Source: an uncultured Smithella sp. (GTDB taxonomy: Bacteria > Desulfobacterota > Syntrophia > Syntrophales > Smithellaceae). From it: a DNA stretch of 64,000 bases. Below the pieces are notes generated by a model. That model ran no database searches. It saw only the letters and a program-made list of their open reading frames with translations, and had not been told where the DNA came from. This document shows, piece by piece, positions 1-8,774 of this stretch (its first letter is position 1; each line of letters opens with the position of its first letter). The translations under genes and the position numbers were made by a program. The stretch lies in contig CAZWCA010000013.1 in the NCBI GenBank assembly GCA_964632255.1, forward strand, positions 4,477-68,476, read 5' to 3'.

Positions 1-486
1 GCCCGGTTGAACAGCGGCAGCGATTTTCTGCGCGAGAGGTTCTCCCACAACATGCATAGCCCCGATAAAGGCATGCAGCTCATTAATAGCATGGACATTC
101 CGGGCCGGAAGAGCGGTTGCCGCCGGATCGATAATTTTAGAAGTAAGATTGGACCAACTTTCCCAAAGATTAACCAGATGACGAAGCATTGGCAGTAAAG
201 ACCGGGAACTTTTATCGGAAAGGAATACAGCGGTATTGGCTGCGGACTTATAAACATCCTTCTGCTTGGAAATTAATCCCATGGCGGCCAGAGCATCAAG
301 AAGGATGGTCAATCCCCGGAGATCAGCATTCAGGCGATGGGCAAGGTCCGGGGCTGTCGCGGGCTTTTCATCCAGAAGCGTGAATATATTCATTTCCACG
401 GCAGATAGAAGAATTCTGCTTTCCATGAACTGCCGGGCAATCCGCAGTAATTTTTCAGGACTATCACAAATTTCCATGGGAGCCAT
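1..486 (-). CDS. SAM-dependent O-methyltransferase-like protein, N-terminal part only (gene runs off the left edge)
   Basis: Own minus-strand translation from the ATG at complement 484-486: MAPMEICDSPEKLLRIARQFMESRILLSAVEMNIFTLLDEKPATAPDLAHRLNADLRGLTILLDALAAMGLISKQ... It stays open to position 1. A wHTH dimerisation-type N-terminus is typical of family-2 O-methyltransferases. It is absent from the ORF track because it is open-ended. Confidence 0.5.
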   Translation of the reverse strand, partial: MAPMEICDSPEKLLRIARQFMESRILLSAVEMNIFTLLDEKPATAPDLAHRLNADLRGLTILLDALAAMGLISKQKDVYKSAANTAVFLSDKSSRSLLPMLRHLVNLWESWSNLTSKIIDPAATALPARNVHAINELHAFIGAMHVVGEPLAQKIAAAVQPG

Positions 487-628
487 CCTGGTTTCAGTAT
501 TTAATATTCACTAATGAAATAACTTAATTATTAAGTTTAAATCCAGTTTTTTTCTTAACTTCATTCGGCACAAAAGTTCTCTTTCGATTAAACTATCTGA
601 TTTTACATTACATTTCGATTTCTCATGG

Positions 629-1090
629 TTACTCCAATAATTTTTTGTGTTCAACCATGAGACAGCGGGACTGGACAACGCATATGCCCGCTTCCCGGGC
701 TTTTCTTGCTGCGTCATTGTGAACCAATCCCAGTTGCATCCAAACAATCCCGGCTCTAATCCCGATGGCTTCCTCAACAATTTCCGGAATAGCTTCCACG
801 TCACGAAAAATATCCACTATATCAACCGGTTCGGGAATAGAAGAAAGATCGGGATAGCATTTCTCCCCCATTATTTTGGCTTTGAATGGATTGACCGGAA
901 TTATTCGATAGCCTTTTTGCTTGAGATATGAACCTACATGATAGCTTGCACGGTTCGGCTGATCCGAAAGCCCCACGATGGCAATGGTTCGACAGCCGCT
1001 GAGGATATCCTGAATCTCTTCAGAGGAGGGATTGCTATCGGGAACATCACTTTCCCTATGCAGATTTGCATTCTTTTCTCTATTATTCAT
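629..1090 (-). CDS. CoA-binding domain protein (YccU-like)
   Basis: CRTIAIVGLSDQPNRASYHVGSYLKQKGYRIIPVNP is the typical CoA-binding Rossmann signature. I prefer the internal ATG (MNNREK...) because AGAGGT lies just upstream. The track ORF extends to 1147. Confidence 0.75.
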   Translation of the reverse strand: MNNREKNANLHRESDVPDSNPSSEEIQDILSGCRTIAIVGLSDQPNRASYHVGSYLKQKGYRIIPVNPFKAKIMGEKCYPDLSSIPEPVDIVDIFRDVEAIPEIVEEAIGIRAGIVWMQLGLVHNDAARKAREAGICVVQSRCLMVEHKKLLE

Positions 1091-1321
1091 TTTTTTACCT
1101 CTTTTTTTTATTGGAAACAAAAACTTACGTTTATTATTTGTTTCCATAATTGGATTTGTTATGGATAAAAATGTTGATTAGCTTATAAATAGCTTAAAAT
1201 AATTTGAAACATAGTCAATAAGTGAAATTCAGGGGTTCCTGCTTGTAAAATTGCTTAAAAATTTGAATTAATAAACCGAAACCTGCAATTTTAAACGACC
1301 CCGGAAAATTAAATTAGGCTT

Positions 1322-1360
1322 AATAAAAAAGCCCCGATTCTTTTACCGAACGGGGCTTTG
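1322..1360 (-). terminator. Rho-independent terminator after lemA
   Basis: Stem aaagccccg (1328-1336) pairs with cggggcttt (1351-1359). It is followed on the minus strand by a U-run (complement of aaaaaa at 1325-1330). Confidence 0.7.
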
Positions 1361-1378
1361 GGGATATTGTTGGAAAGC

Positions 1379-1954
1379 CTAGAACTTAACTTTGGGGGCC
1401 GTCCTTGCATCTTTTGGCGCTTCAAAGAATGCAGCTTCTTTAAACCCATAAATTCCGGCCAGAATATTGGAAGGGAACGACCTTACCGCTCCATTATATA
1501 CTTTAACAGCTTCGTTGTATCTCATTCTTTCCACGGCAATCCTGTTTTCCGTACCGGCCAGTTCATCCTGCAATCTGATGAAATTTTGGTTGGATTTTAA
1601 ATCGGGATAGCGCTCGACAACAACCATCAACCTGCTTAGTGCTCCTGTCAATTCGTTATTGGCCGCAATCTTATCCGGAATAGTTCCCGCACCGCCGACC
1701 TTGGACCGGGCATTTGTTACTTCCACGAGAACATTGCGTTCCTGCGCGGCATAACCCTTAACGGTTTCCACAAGATTAGGAATCAAATCATAACGGCGCT
1801 GCAACTGGTTTTCCACCTGTGACCAGGCCGACTTTACCCCTAAATCCATATTGACGAATTTATTATAATTCCCGGCAAAGAAAGAATAGCCAAACATGAC
1901 CAAAATAATGACAACCGCCAGCACGATCAGTAAAGTTTTTTTTCTGGAATCCAT
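1379..1954 (-). CDS. lemA: LemA family membrane protein
   Basis: N-terminal TM helix, then SAWSQVENQLQRRYDLIPNLVETVKGYAAQE, the LemA signature. Strong SD (GGGGAGG) lies upstream. Confidence 0.9.
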   Translation of the reverse strand: MDSRKKTLLIVLAVVIILVMFGYSFFAGNYNKFVNMDLGVKSAWSQVENQLQRRYDLIPNLVETVKGYAAQERNVLVEVTNARSKVGGAGTIPDKIAANNELTGALSRLMVVVERYPDLKSNQNFIRLQDELAGTENRIAVERMRYNEAVKVYNGAVRSFPSNILAGIYGFKEAAFFEAPKDARTAPKVKF

Positions 1955-1978
1955 TGTTACCTCCCCTTTAAATTCATC

Positions 1979-2704
1979 TTATAATTGATCAACAATTTTA
2001 CAAATTTTCTGGATTTCCTGCAAATATTTTCTAAATATATCCACAACTTCCGTACCTGAGAACTTGTCCTTGCCTTCCTTGATATCAGCGCAATACATAA
2101 ATACTAAGGCATCAATTGTAAAGGTTTTTTCCATTTCTCCGATTATCTCGCGCCTGCCCTGTTCCATCTTACCATGCTTCAAATAAAGAAGGGCGTTAAA
2201 GATCGCCATAAAAGCCGTTAAAGATTTACTGATCACTGAACGTAAATGCCTGGGTTTGCCTTCCGCTTCCAGATAGCCCTTCCGCAGGAGAAGTAACTTG
2301 CCGCGCATTTCGCGTTCAATTTGCAGACGCAAATCGGCCGGTTTGATATCTAATTCTTCCAGAATATTTTCCCCATAAATCAAAACGTGGCTGTTTTTCA
2401 TACCCAGAAATTCAACCGGGTAGGAATCAAGAGCAGTCTCAATAAAATTCCTGGACATAATCAGCGGTATGGCCACATTGCTTTTTTTCCAGGATTTAAC
2501 AGTATCCAGAACCTCGGTAAATTTATCCAGGCCCGCGGGAGTCAAGACGACGAGCACATTTATATCCGACTTGCCCCGAATGTAATGACCAGCGGCGGCA
2601 CTTCCGTAAATCATTAACGAAATTAAATCATTGCCGAATATTTTTAAATAATCCTGTGTCAATGGCACGAAAATATCTTGTGGCCGATCCGGAATTTTTT
2701 TCAT
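1979..2704 (-). CDS. Nucleotidyltransferase-domain protein (MNT/KNTase-like) with helical C-terminal domain
   Basis: IYGSAAAGHYIRGKSDINVLVVL matches the GS...D.D-type minimal nucleotidyltransferase motif. The C-terminal roughly 140 aa look helical. Confidence 0.6.
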   Translation of the reverse strand: MKKIPDRPQDIFVPLTQDYLKIFGNDLISLMIYGSAAAGHYIRGKSDINVLVVLTPAGLDKFTEVLDTVKSWKKSNVAIPLIMSRNFIETALDSYPVEFLGMKNSHVLIYGENILEELDIKPADLRLQIEREMRGKLLLLRKGYLEAEGKPRHLRSVISKSLTAFMAIFNALLYLKHGKMEQGRREIIGEMEKTFTIDALVFMYCADIKEGKDKFSGTEVVDIFRKYLQEIQKICKIVDQL

Positions 2705-2723
2705 ATTTTAACCCTTTAGTCAG

Positions 2724-3509
2724 TTAGTAATCACCACCGGCTCCACCTCCGCCGCTGCTGCCTCCACCAAAGCCGCCAAAACCGCCGCCGAATCCTCCAC
2801 CGCCGCCAAATCCGCCGCCTCCCCGGCCGCCGCCGCTCATCAGCAGCAACAACAACCAGGGAAGCATTGATCTGCCGGCCCTGGTACCCAGAAGGAAGAA
2901 GGCGGCGATCAGCAAAATAATAAACAGAGGAATATTTAAGCCCTTTTTCTGAGTTCGTTGTATTGGCCTTGCCGGAGCAGGAGAACCGCTGATTTGCACA
3001 TTGGCATCTTTGGCAATGTAATAACTCAACATATACATTGTATCATAGAATGCCTGACCGTAATTTCCCGCCTTAAGTTGGGGCTTAAAATACTTGTCTC
3101 TGATTTCGCCGACCAAACCGTCAGGCAGAATGCCTTCCACACCGTAACCGGTTTCAATACGGATTTTTCTTTCCTTAACCGTTAAAAATATTAAAACACC
3201 CTTATCTTCGCCTTTTTTCCCGATACCCCATGCTTTATACAGGCCGCTGACATAAAAATTAATGTCTTCATTTTCACCGATTGTCGGGACGGTAGCCACA
3301 ACAATGGCAGTACCGGTTTTCTGGAGCACTTCCCGGGCAAGGGCTTCCATCTTCGCCTCGCTTGCCGGATCGATGATATCGGCGAAATCATTGACGGCGC
3401 CCCGTGGCGAAGGAAATTTTTCGGCCGCGAATAAAAGGCTGTCGGCAAGCATTAAAAACAATACTGCCAGAGCTATAGCCAATATGCCGGTCTTTGTTTT
3501 TTGTTTCAT
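2724..3509 (-). CDS. TPM-domain protein (YgcG-like) with TM segment and Gly-rich tail
   Basis: Signal/TM N-terminus, then SPRGAVNDFADIID...VVATVPTIG...IRIETGYGVEG (TPM phosphatase fold motifs), a TM helix and a GGGFGGGGG tail. TPM genes classically sit next to LemA. Confidence 0.85.
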   Translation of the reverse strand: MKQKTKTGILAIALAVLFLMLADSLLFAAEKFPSPRGAVNDFADIIDPASEAKMEALAREVLQKTGTAIVVATVPTIGENEDINFYVSGLYKAWGIGKKGEDKGVLIFLTVKERKIRIETGYGVEGILPDGLVGEIRDKYFKPQLKAGNYGQAFYDTMYMLSYYIAKDANVQISGSPAPARPIQRTQKKGLNIPLFIILLIAAFFLLGTRAGRSMLPWLLLLLMSGGGRGGGGFGGGGGFGGGFGGFGGGSSGGGGAGGDY

Positions 3510-3735
3510 TTTCTCATTTAAACCGTGAATAATTAATTACCTTAAATATTTGCTTTATCTATCAGTTCATTACTTATTTTGCAAACAATGCCCGCCTGTG
3601 TCAAGGTTGAAATATTTGTGTCCGGCTGGAACTCACATGACAAAACTAATCCACACCGCTTTTGCCCCGGAAAGCCTTTTTCCGGATGAAAGCTGATATT
3701 TAAGCTATGATTACCTCAATGTCATTAACTTAAGG

Positions 3736-3831
3736 GTCATTCCCGCATTTTTTTGGTGGGAATCCAGGAATCGCCCAACATGGATGCCCGATCAGAACAT
3801 TCGGTACCCGACAGAAAATTTCGGGTATGAC
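3736..3831. repeat. REP-like palindromic intergenic element
   Basis: gtcattcccgc...gggaatccagg ... tggatgcccgatcag ... tacccga/tcgggta hairpin. It resembles the GTCATTCCCGC/GGGAATCCAGG intergenic repeat class I recall seeing in deltaproteobacterial-type genomes. This copy is degenerate. Confidence 0.35.
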
Positions 3832-3925
3832 ACGAGATGACTAAGTCAATGACATTGATAATTACCTTGCATAAACGATAATCATTTCATAATAAACCAA
3901 TTTATCAGATTGGAATTATTTAAAA

Positions 3926-5473
3926 ATGCACCCAAAAATTATCATGATTCATCCACCGGTCAGTAAACCCTCCGAAGCGCCGGCCGGGCTTGCCAAACTT
4001 TCAGGCTGCCTTCAGGCCAATTGCATCAGGCATGAAATAATTGACATGAATCTGGAAGGCCTTCTTTATCTATCGACCGATCCTAAACTGGAAAATGATA
4101 TTAATGACCGCTGGACAACACGTGCCTGGAAGCATCGCCTGACAAATATTTCCGCCTTACGGGACGGGAAAATCTATGGCAATCCCAGCCGCTACCGGCG
4201 GGCTGTTTCTGATATTAATCGTCTAATCAACCAAGCGGGGAAAGCCTACGGCGTTGATTTGTCCCTGGCCGATTATCGTGATGCCAAGCTTACTCCAGTG
4301 AAATCAGAAGATTTGCTTCAATCAGCCGAAACACCTGAATTAAACCCTTTTTATCCTTACTTCTCCTCACGCCTTATGCAAGTTTTGGAAGAATATCCGG
4401 ATTTTATTGGGATTTCTCTAAATTATTTGAGCCAGGCGCTCTGCACATTTGCCATGATGGGATTTATCCGCAAGATGAATCACAGGCAAAAAATCATCCT
4501 GGGTGGTTCTCTGGTAACTTCCTGGATTAAGATAATAGGCGAAAACAATATTTTCAGCGGACTTGTCGATGAAATGGTTGCGGGCGCCGGTGAAAGGAAG
4601 TTATTGGATCTGCTGGGCTGCAAAAATGGAATAATCACTGCACCGCCCGGTTTGCGTGATTTTCCTTTAAAAGAATATCTTTCTCCAGTCCTGATCCTGC
4701 CTTTCAGCACAGCGCAGGGCTGCTATTGGCGACAATGTTCTTTCTGCCCCGAAAAGGCCGAAAATAACCGGTATTTGCCTCAACCTGCATCGGAAACGAT
4801 GGCACACTTGCAGATGCTCGATGATGAACTGCATCCCGGTTTGATTCACTTCGTGGATAATGCCTTAAGTCCCGCCTTCCTGAATAATTTGATCGAAAGC
4901 GGCCTGAGCATTCCGTGGTACGGATTTGCCAGAATTACCTCCCATTTGACAGATGATGATTTTTGCCGCGGGCTGCGGCGCAGCGGTTGCGTCATGCTCA
5001 AACTGGGAATTGAATCGGGCGATGAAGCGGTACTTGATGCGCTCAACAAAGGAATAGATATACCAACCGTTTCCATGGCCTTAAAGAAAATTAAACAAGC
5101 CGGCATCGGCACATACATATATCTGCTTTTCGGCACACCGCCCGAAAATGAAGAAAGTGCAATGAAAACACTGTCTTTTATTACCAAACACCAGAATTGC
5201 GTAGATTTTTTGAATCTGGCGATTTTCAATTTGCCGTCATTTAGCAGCGAGGCGCAAAGTCTGGCTTGCGATGATTTTTATGAAGGAGATTTATCCCTGT
5301 ATAAGAACTTCCGGCATCCGCTGGGCTGGCAGCGCTCCAATGTCCGTAAGTTCTTAGAAAAGACCTTCAAAAAGCATCCGTTCATCAATAAAATAGTCCT
5401 GCGCAATCCCGACTGCTTCACTTCCAATCATGCACCGTTCTTTGTTGGAAACAGACAATCGATGTCTTTATGA
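3926..5473 (+). CDS. B12-binding-domain radical SAM protein
   Basis: N-terminal IIMIHPP...GLAKLSG (B12-binding-like Rossmann). Cys cluster GCYWRQCSFC. Downstream LKLGIESG and YLLFGTPPE, typical of class B radical SAM enzymes. Confidence 0.8.
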   Translation: MHPKIIMIHPPVSKPSEAPAGLAKLSGCLQANCIRHEIIDMNLEGLLYLSTDPKLENDINDRWTTRAWKHRLTNISALRDGKIYGNPSRYRRAVSDINRLINQAGKAYGVDLSLADYRDAKLTPVKSEDLLQSAETPELNPFYPYFSSRLMQVLEEYPDFIGISLNYLSQALCTFAMMGFIRKMNHRQKIILGGSLVTSWIKIIGENNIFSGLVDEMVAGAGERKLLDLLGCKNGIITAPPGLRDFPLKEYLSPVLILPFSTAQGCYWRQCSFCPEKAENNRYLPQPASETMAHLQMLDDELHPGLIHFVDNALSPAFLNNLIESGLSIPWYGFARITSHLTDDDFCRGLRRSGCVMLKLGIESGDEAVLDALNKGIDIPTVSMALKKIKQAGIGTYIYLLFGTPPENEESAMKTLSFITKHQNCVDFLNLAIFNLPSFSSEAQSLACDDFYEGDLSLYKNFRHPLGWQRSNVRKFLEKTFKKHPFINKIVLRNPDCFTSNHAPFFVGNRQSMSL

Positions 5474-6445
5474 ACGGGATTTCGGCAATACCGGTAATGC
5501 AATGCGTGTAAGAACCGGAAAATGATCGGATGGATAACAGTTTTTCCATCGCACATTAATAACCAACGCTTCCCTGACGACCGCGCTCGAAGGAACAAAA
5601 ATATAGTCGAACTTAAAACGAAAAACATATCTGCCGAATCCATTAAAAGTTGCTGAATTTTTTCTCTTTAGAGGATGTCGAACCCGAAAGGCATCCATTA
5701 AAGGGACAGGATTTAATACTTCGTTTCTTAATTTGCTCCTTAAGGGAATTGTACCCTTCAGATATTGAATGGTAACATTCCTTTCCCTGGCATTAAAATC
5801 TCCCGTTAAAACAAACGGAACCTGAACAGGCCGCGCATGCATGTGGTGGGTAAGGTGGATTACGCTTTTTTCCCGGGACCGTTGGGAAAGATGGTCCAGG
5901 TGGGTATTATAAAAATAAAAAGAATGCCGGGTTTTTATTTCAATCAGTCGCGCCCATGTGCAGATACGCGGGATAATGTTGCCCCAGCCTTTTGACCCCG
6001 GGTTTTCCGGTGTGTCCGACAGCCAAAAAGTGCCTTCTTCGGCGATTTGGAACCTCTCCGCATCATAAAAAATGGCGTTATGCAAGCCTTCAGTTCCACC
6101 TAAATTGCCGATTCCGACCTTTTCGTATCCGGGAAGCATGGTGCTGATTTCGTCAATTTGGAAGTCCAATGCTTCCTGTAGACCCAGAACATCCGGACGG
6201 TACTGATTCAAGATTTGATGAACAAGATTACGGCGGTTTACCCAGTGATTTCTACCGTCCCGCTTATTCCCCCTGCGGATATTAAAACTCATAACATTCA
6301 GATTCAAACCGATATTTGAAACAGGCGAAGAAAAAGAAGGATTATTAATTACGGGAATTCTTCGCCACAGGTTTAAATCCAGAAGTTCGGCAATGGATGA
6401 GCGGGTATTATTAATCGCTCTCTTCGCAAACGAAAATTGCTTCAT
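5468..6445 (-). CDS. Endonuclease/exonuclease/phosphatase (EEP) family protein
   Basis: LNVMSFNIRRG...DVLGLQE...YNTHLDH...LTGDFNA...YPSDHFPV are the canonical EEP catalytic motifs. Confidence 0.85.
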   Translation of the reverse strand: MKQFSFAKRAINNTRSSIAELLDLNLWRRIPVINNPSFSSPVSNIGLNLNVMSFNIRRGNKRDGRNHWVNRRNLVHQILNQYRPDVLGLQEALDFQIDEISTMLPGYEKVGIGNLGGTEGLHNAIFYDAERFQIAEEGTFWLSDTPENPGSKGWGNIIPRICTWARLIEIKTRHSFYFYNTHLDHLSQRSREKSVIHLTHHMHARPVQVPFVLTGDFNARERNVTIQYLKGTIPLRSKLRNEVLNPVPLMDAFRVRHPLKRKNSATFNGFGRYVFRFKFDYIFVPSSAVVREALVINVRWKNCYPSDHFPVLTRIALPVLPKSRS

Positions 6446-6662
6446 TTTATTATTTACCTATAATTATATCTTTTGAATATAAGCACCGTCGATATAAAAG
6501 AAAAAGATAAGGAGTTTTCGCGAGATCAGAGACTGAATATTTGTAAACAACTTCAAGAGGTATTTGGAAGTGCTTTATTATATTTTCCGGACATATAGCA
6601 TGACCGAAAATTGTCAAAAAATCATTGGCCTTTTCCATCAGGAAATTTAAATACCATGTGCC

Positions 6663-8708
6663 CTATTTTTTGTCGAGCTCTCTTCTGGCGGCAAGGCCTA
6701 TTTTTTCCAATATGTATGGTTTTCGGACAAAGGCCCCGGCTCCCAATTCCTGGGTCTTCCTGACCCGGTCAGTCTCCGAAAAACCGCTGACAATGAGGGC
6801 CTTTTGTTTTGGATTTATTTCTAAAATTCGACGATAAGTATCCAATCCGTCCATCTCCGGTTCCAGAATCATATCCAGAATGATCAGATCAGCTTGATTT
6901 TCTTTAATATAGTTGATTGCTTCGGCCCCGCTTCCAACAGCTTCAACCCGGTATCCCAGCCTGCCCAGCATACTGACGGCCAATTCCCGCTGTTCCTGCA
7001 CGTCATCCACCACAAGAATGGATTCACCTTTGCTCATATAAGAATCAAGAGAGATTGATTTTTCCGCTTTCCCGATTACCTCTCTGGTCACGGGAAAGTA
7101 AAGAGTAAAGGTTGTACCTTTTTCCTCCTCACTTTGTACGTCAATAAAGCCATTGTGGTCCTTCACTGTCCCCCAGACAACAGCCAGCCCCAACCCCGTC
7201 CCGCTCCTACCCATGACTTTTTTCGTATAAAAGGGCTCAAATATCTTACCGAGATCATTTGGAGAAATGCCCTTACCCGTGTCGGAAACCGTCATAACTA
7301 CATAGTCACCTTCCTTCATTTCGTCATATCCCTTGATGGGACGATCAAGGTAACAATTCTCCGTTCTCAATACTATTTCTCCCCGGCCTGATATCGCTTC
7401 CACGGCGTTAATGACCAGGTTCATAATAGTTTTTCCTAAATGGACAGGTGATCCTTTAATATTAAAAAGTTCTTCCTTTTCCAGTTCAGCAGTTATTTTT
7501 ATACCTGGATGCTCAAATTTCAGCTTTTCAAATTCCGGCGTTTTCAGGTAATCAGAAACTATCTTATTCAGATTGACGATTTCCGAAGTGGTGACACCTC
7601 TACGGGCCAAAGTTAAAAGATCCTGAATTATCGCCGCTCCCCGCACACTGGAGAGCATTATATTTTCGGCATATCTTCTCAGGGAACTTTTTTCCGAAAG
7701 CGTTTCCAGAAGCAATTCCGAATAACCCACCAGTACGCCCAGGACATTATTGAGATCATGGGCAACTCCGCCGGCCAGACTTCCCAGTGCTTCCATTTTT
7801 TCCGCCCGGTTTAGCCTTTCCGCCAATTTTTTGCCTTCCGTAATATCGTGAATACATTCTATCGCGGCGACAATGCCGCCTTTGGCATCATGTAGAACCG
7901 ATGCCGTTGCATATTGATAGATACCACCGGGATTAATATTGGGCGCAAATGCTTCACCGAAAAGGATATCTCCGGCTGTTTGAATGGAAGTATATTTCGC
8001 AGCCATCTCCCAATCAGGATGCAGAGCGTAATCTATAAGGATCGGTCTTCTTTCCCCATAAAAAGGCAGGGCATATTCGTAATTGCCTTTCCCCAGCATA
8101 TCTTCTTTTTTGACTCCGGTCATGTTCTCCATAGCCCGGTTCCAGGCTATGACCTTGCCTTCCTGATCGATAATCAGTGTCGCATCGGGAAAAAACTCAA
8201 TAATATCTTCTGATCTTCTCCGATATTCACGCAACTTCTCCTCGACTCGCTTACGGGCGGTAATATTGCGGATCAAACCACCTATCCCGGTTTTGTTTTG
8301 GCCCAGGTTCACTGGAAACTTGTGTATTTCATAAACCTGATCTTCAATAATCTCTTCGGAAATGATGATGGAATTACTGGCCAGGGCATCGATATCTGTC
8401 TGCCGGCATCTTTCCGCAGCTTCCCGGGGCATTAATTCAAAGTCACTTTTTCCAATTATTTCATCCTCCCGCTTTCCAAAAAACTCCGCCAATGATTGAT
8501 TAACCACTATATTGCGAAATTGTTCATCTTTTAAAAACACCATATCTTGTGTAGCATTGATGAATGTCCGATAAAGCATCTCACTTTTTTGCAGTGCCTG
8601 TTTTGCCTGCCTGTCGGCTGCCGCCTCGCTTTCCATCTTTTTTATTTGCTCTTTTAAAACGGCTATTTCTTCCAGCAATTGTTGATTAATCCGGGACAAA
8701 TCTTCCAT
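6663..8708 (-). CDS. PAS-domain hybrid sensor histidine kinase / response regulator (cytoplasmic)
   Basis: N-terminal coiled coil and two PAS-like regions. H-box GGVAHDLNNVL. ATPase motifs DTGKGI and GTGLGLAVV. C-terminal receiver ILVVDD...DLIILDM...KP. Confidence 0.9.
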   Translation of the reverse strand: MEDLSRINQQLLEEIAVLKEQIKKMESEAAADRQAKQALQKSEMLYRTFINATQDMVFLKDEQFRNIVVNQSLAEFFGKREDEIIGKSDFELMPREAAERCRQTDIDALASNSIIISEEIIEDQVYEIHKFPVNLGQNKTGIGGLIRNITARKRVEEKLREYRRRSEDIIEFFPDATLIIDQEGKVIAWNRAMENMTGVKKEDMLGKGNYEYALPFYGERRPILIDYALHPDWEMAAKYTSIQTAGDILFGEAFAPNINPGGIYQYATASVLHDAKGGIVAAIECIHDITEGKKLAERLNRAEKMEALGSLAGGVAHDLNNVLGVLVGYSELLLETLSEKSSLRRYAENIMLSSVRGAAIIQDLLTLARRGVTTSEIVNLNKIVSDYLKTPEFEKLKFEHPGIKITAELEKEELFNIKGSPVHLGKTIMNLVINAVEAISGRGEIVLRTENCYLDRPIKGYDEMKEGDYVVMTVSDTGKGISPNDLGKIFEPFYTKKVMGRSGTGLGLAVVWGTVKDHNGFIDVQSEEEKGTTFTLYFPVTREVIGKAEKSISLDSYMSKGESILVVDDVQEQRELAVSMLGRLGYRVEAVGSGAEAINYIKENQADLIILDMILEPEMDGLDTYRRILEINPKQKALIVSGFSETDRVRKTQELGAGAFVRKPYILEKIGLAARRELDKK

Positions 8709-8774
8709 TTAATTTTCCTTAAATTGTTGAAGCAAAAACATTTTTTCTGTTTTCACAAAAAGCTGGCTGATATT

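Noticed and set aside
2724-2830. GGN-rich low-complexity DNA that looks like a simple-sequence repeat.
   Set aside because: It is the coding sequence for the Gly-rich C-terminal tail typical of YgcG/TPM proteins, in frame with the rest of the gene.
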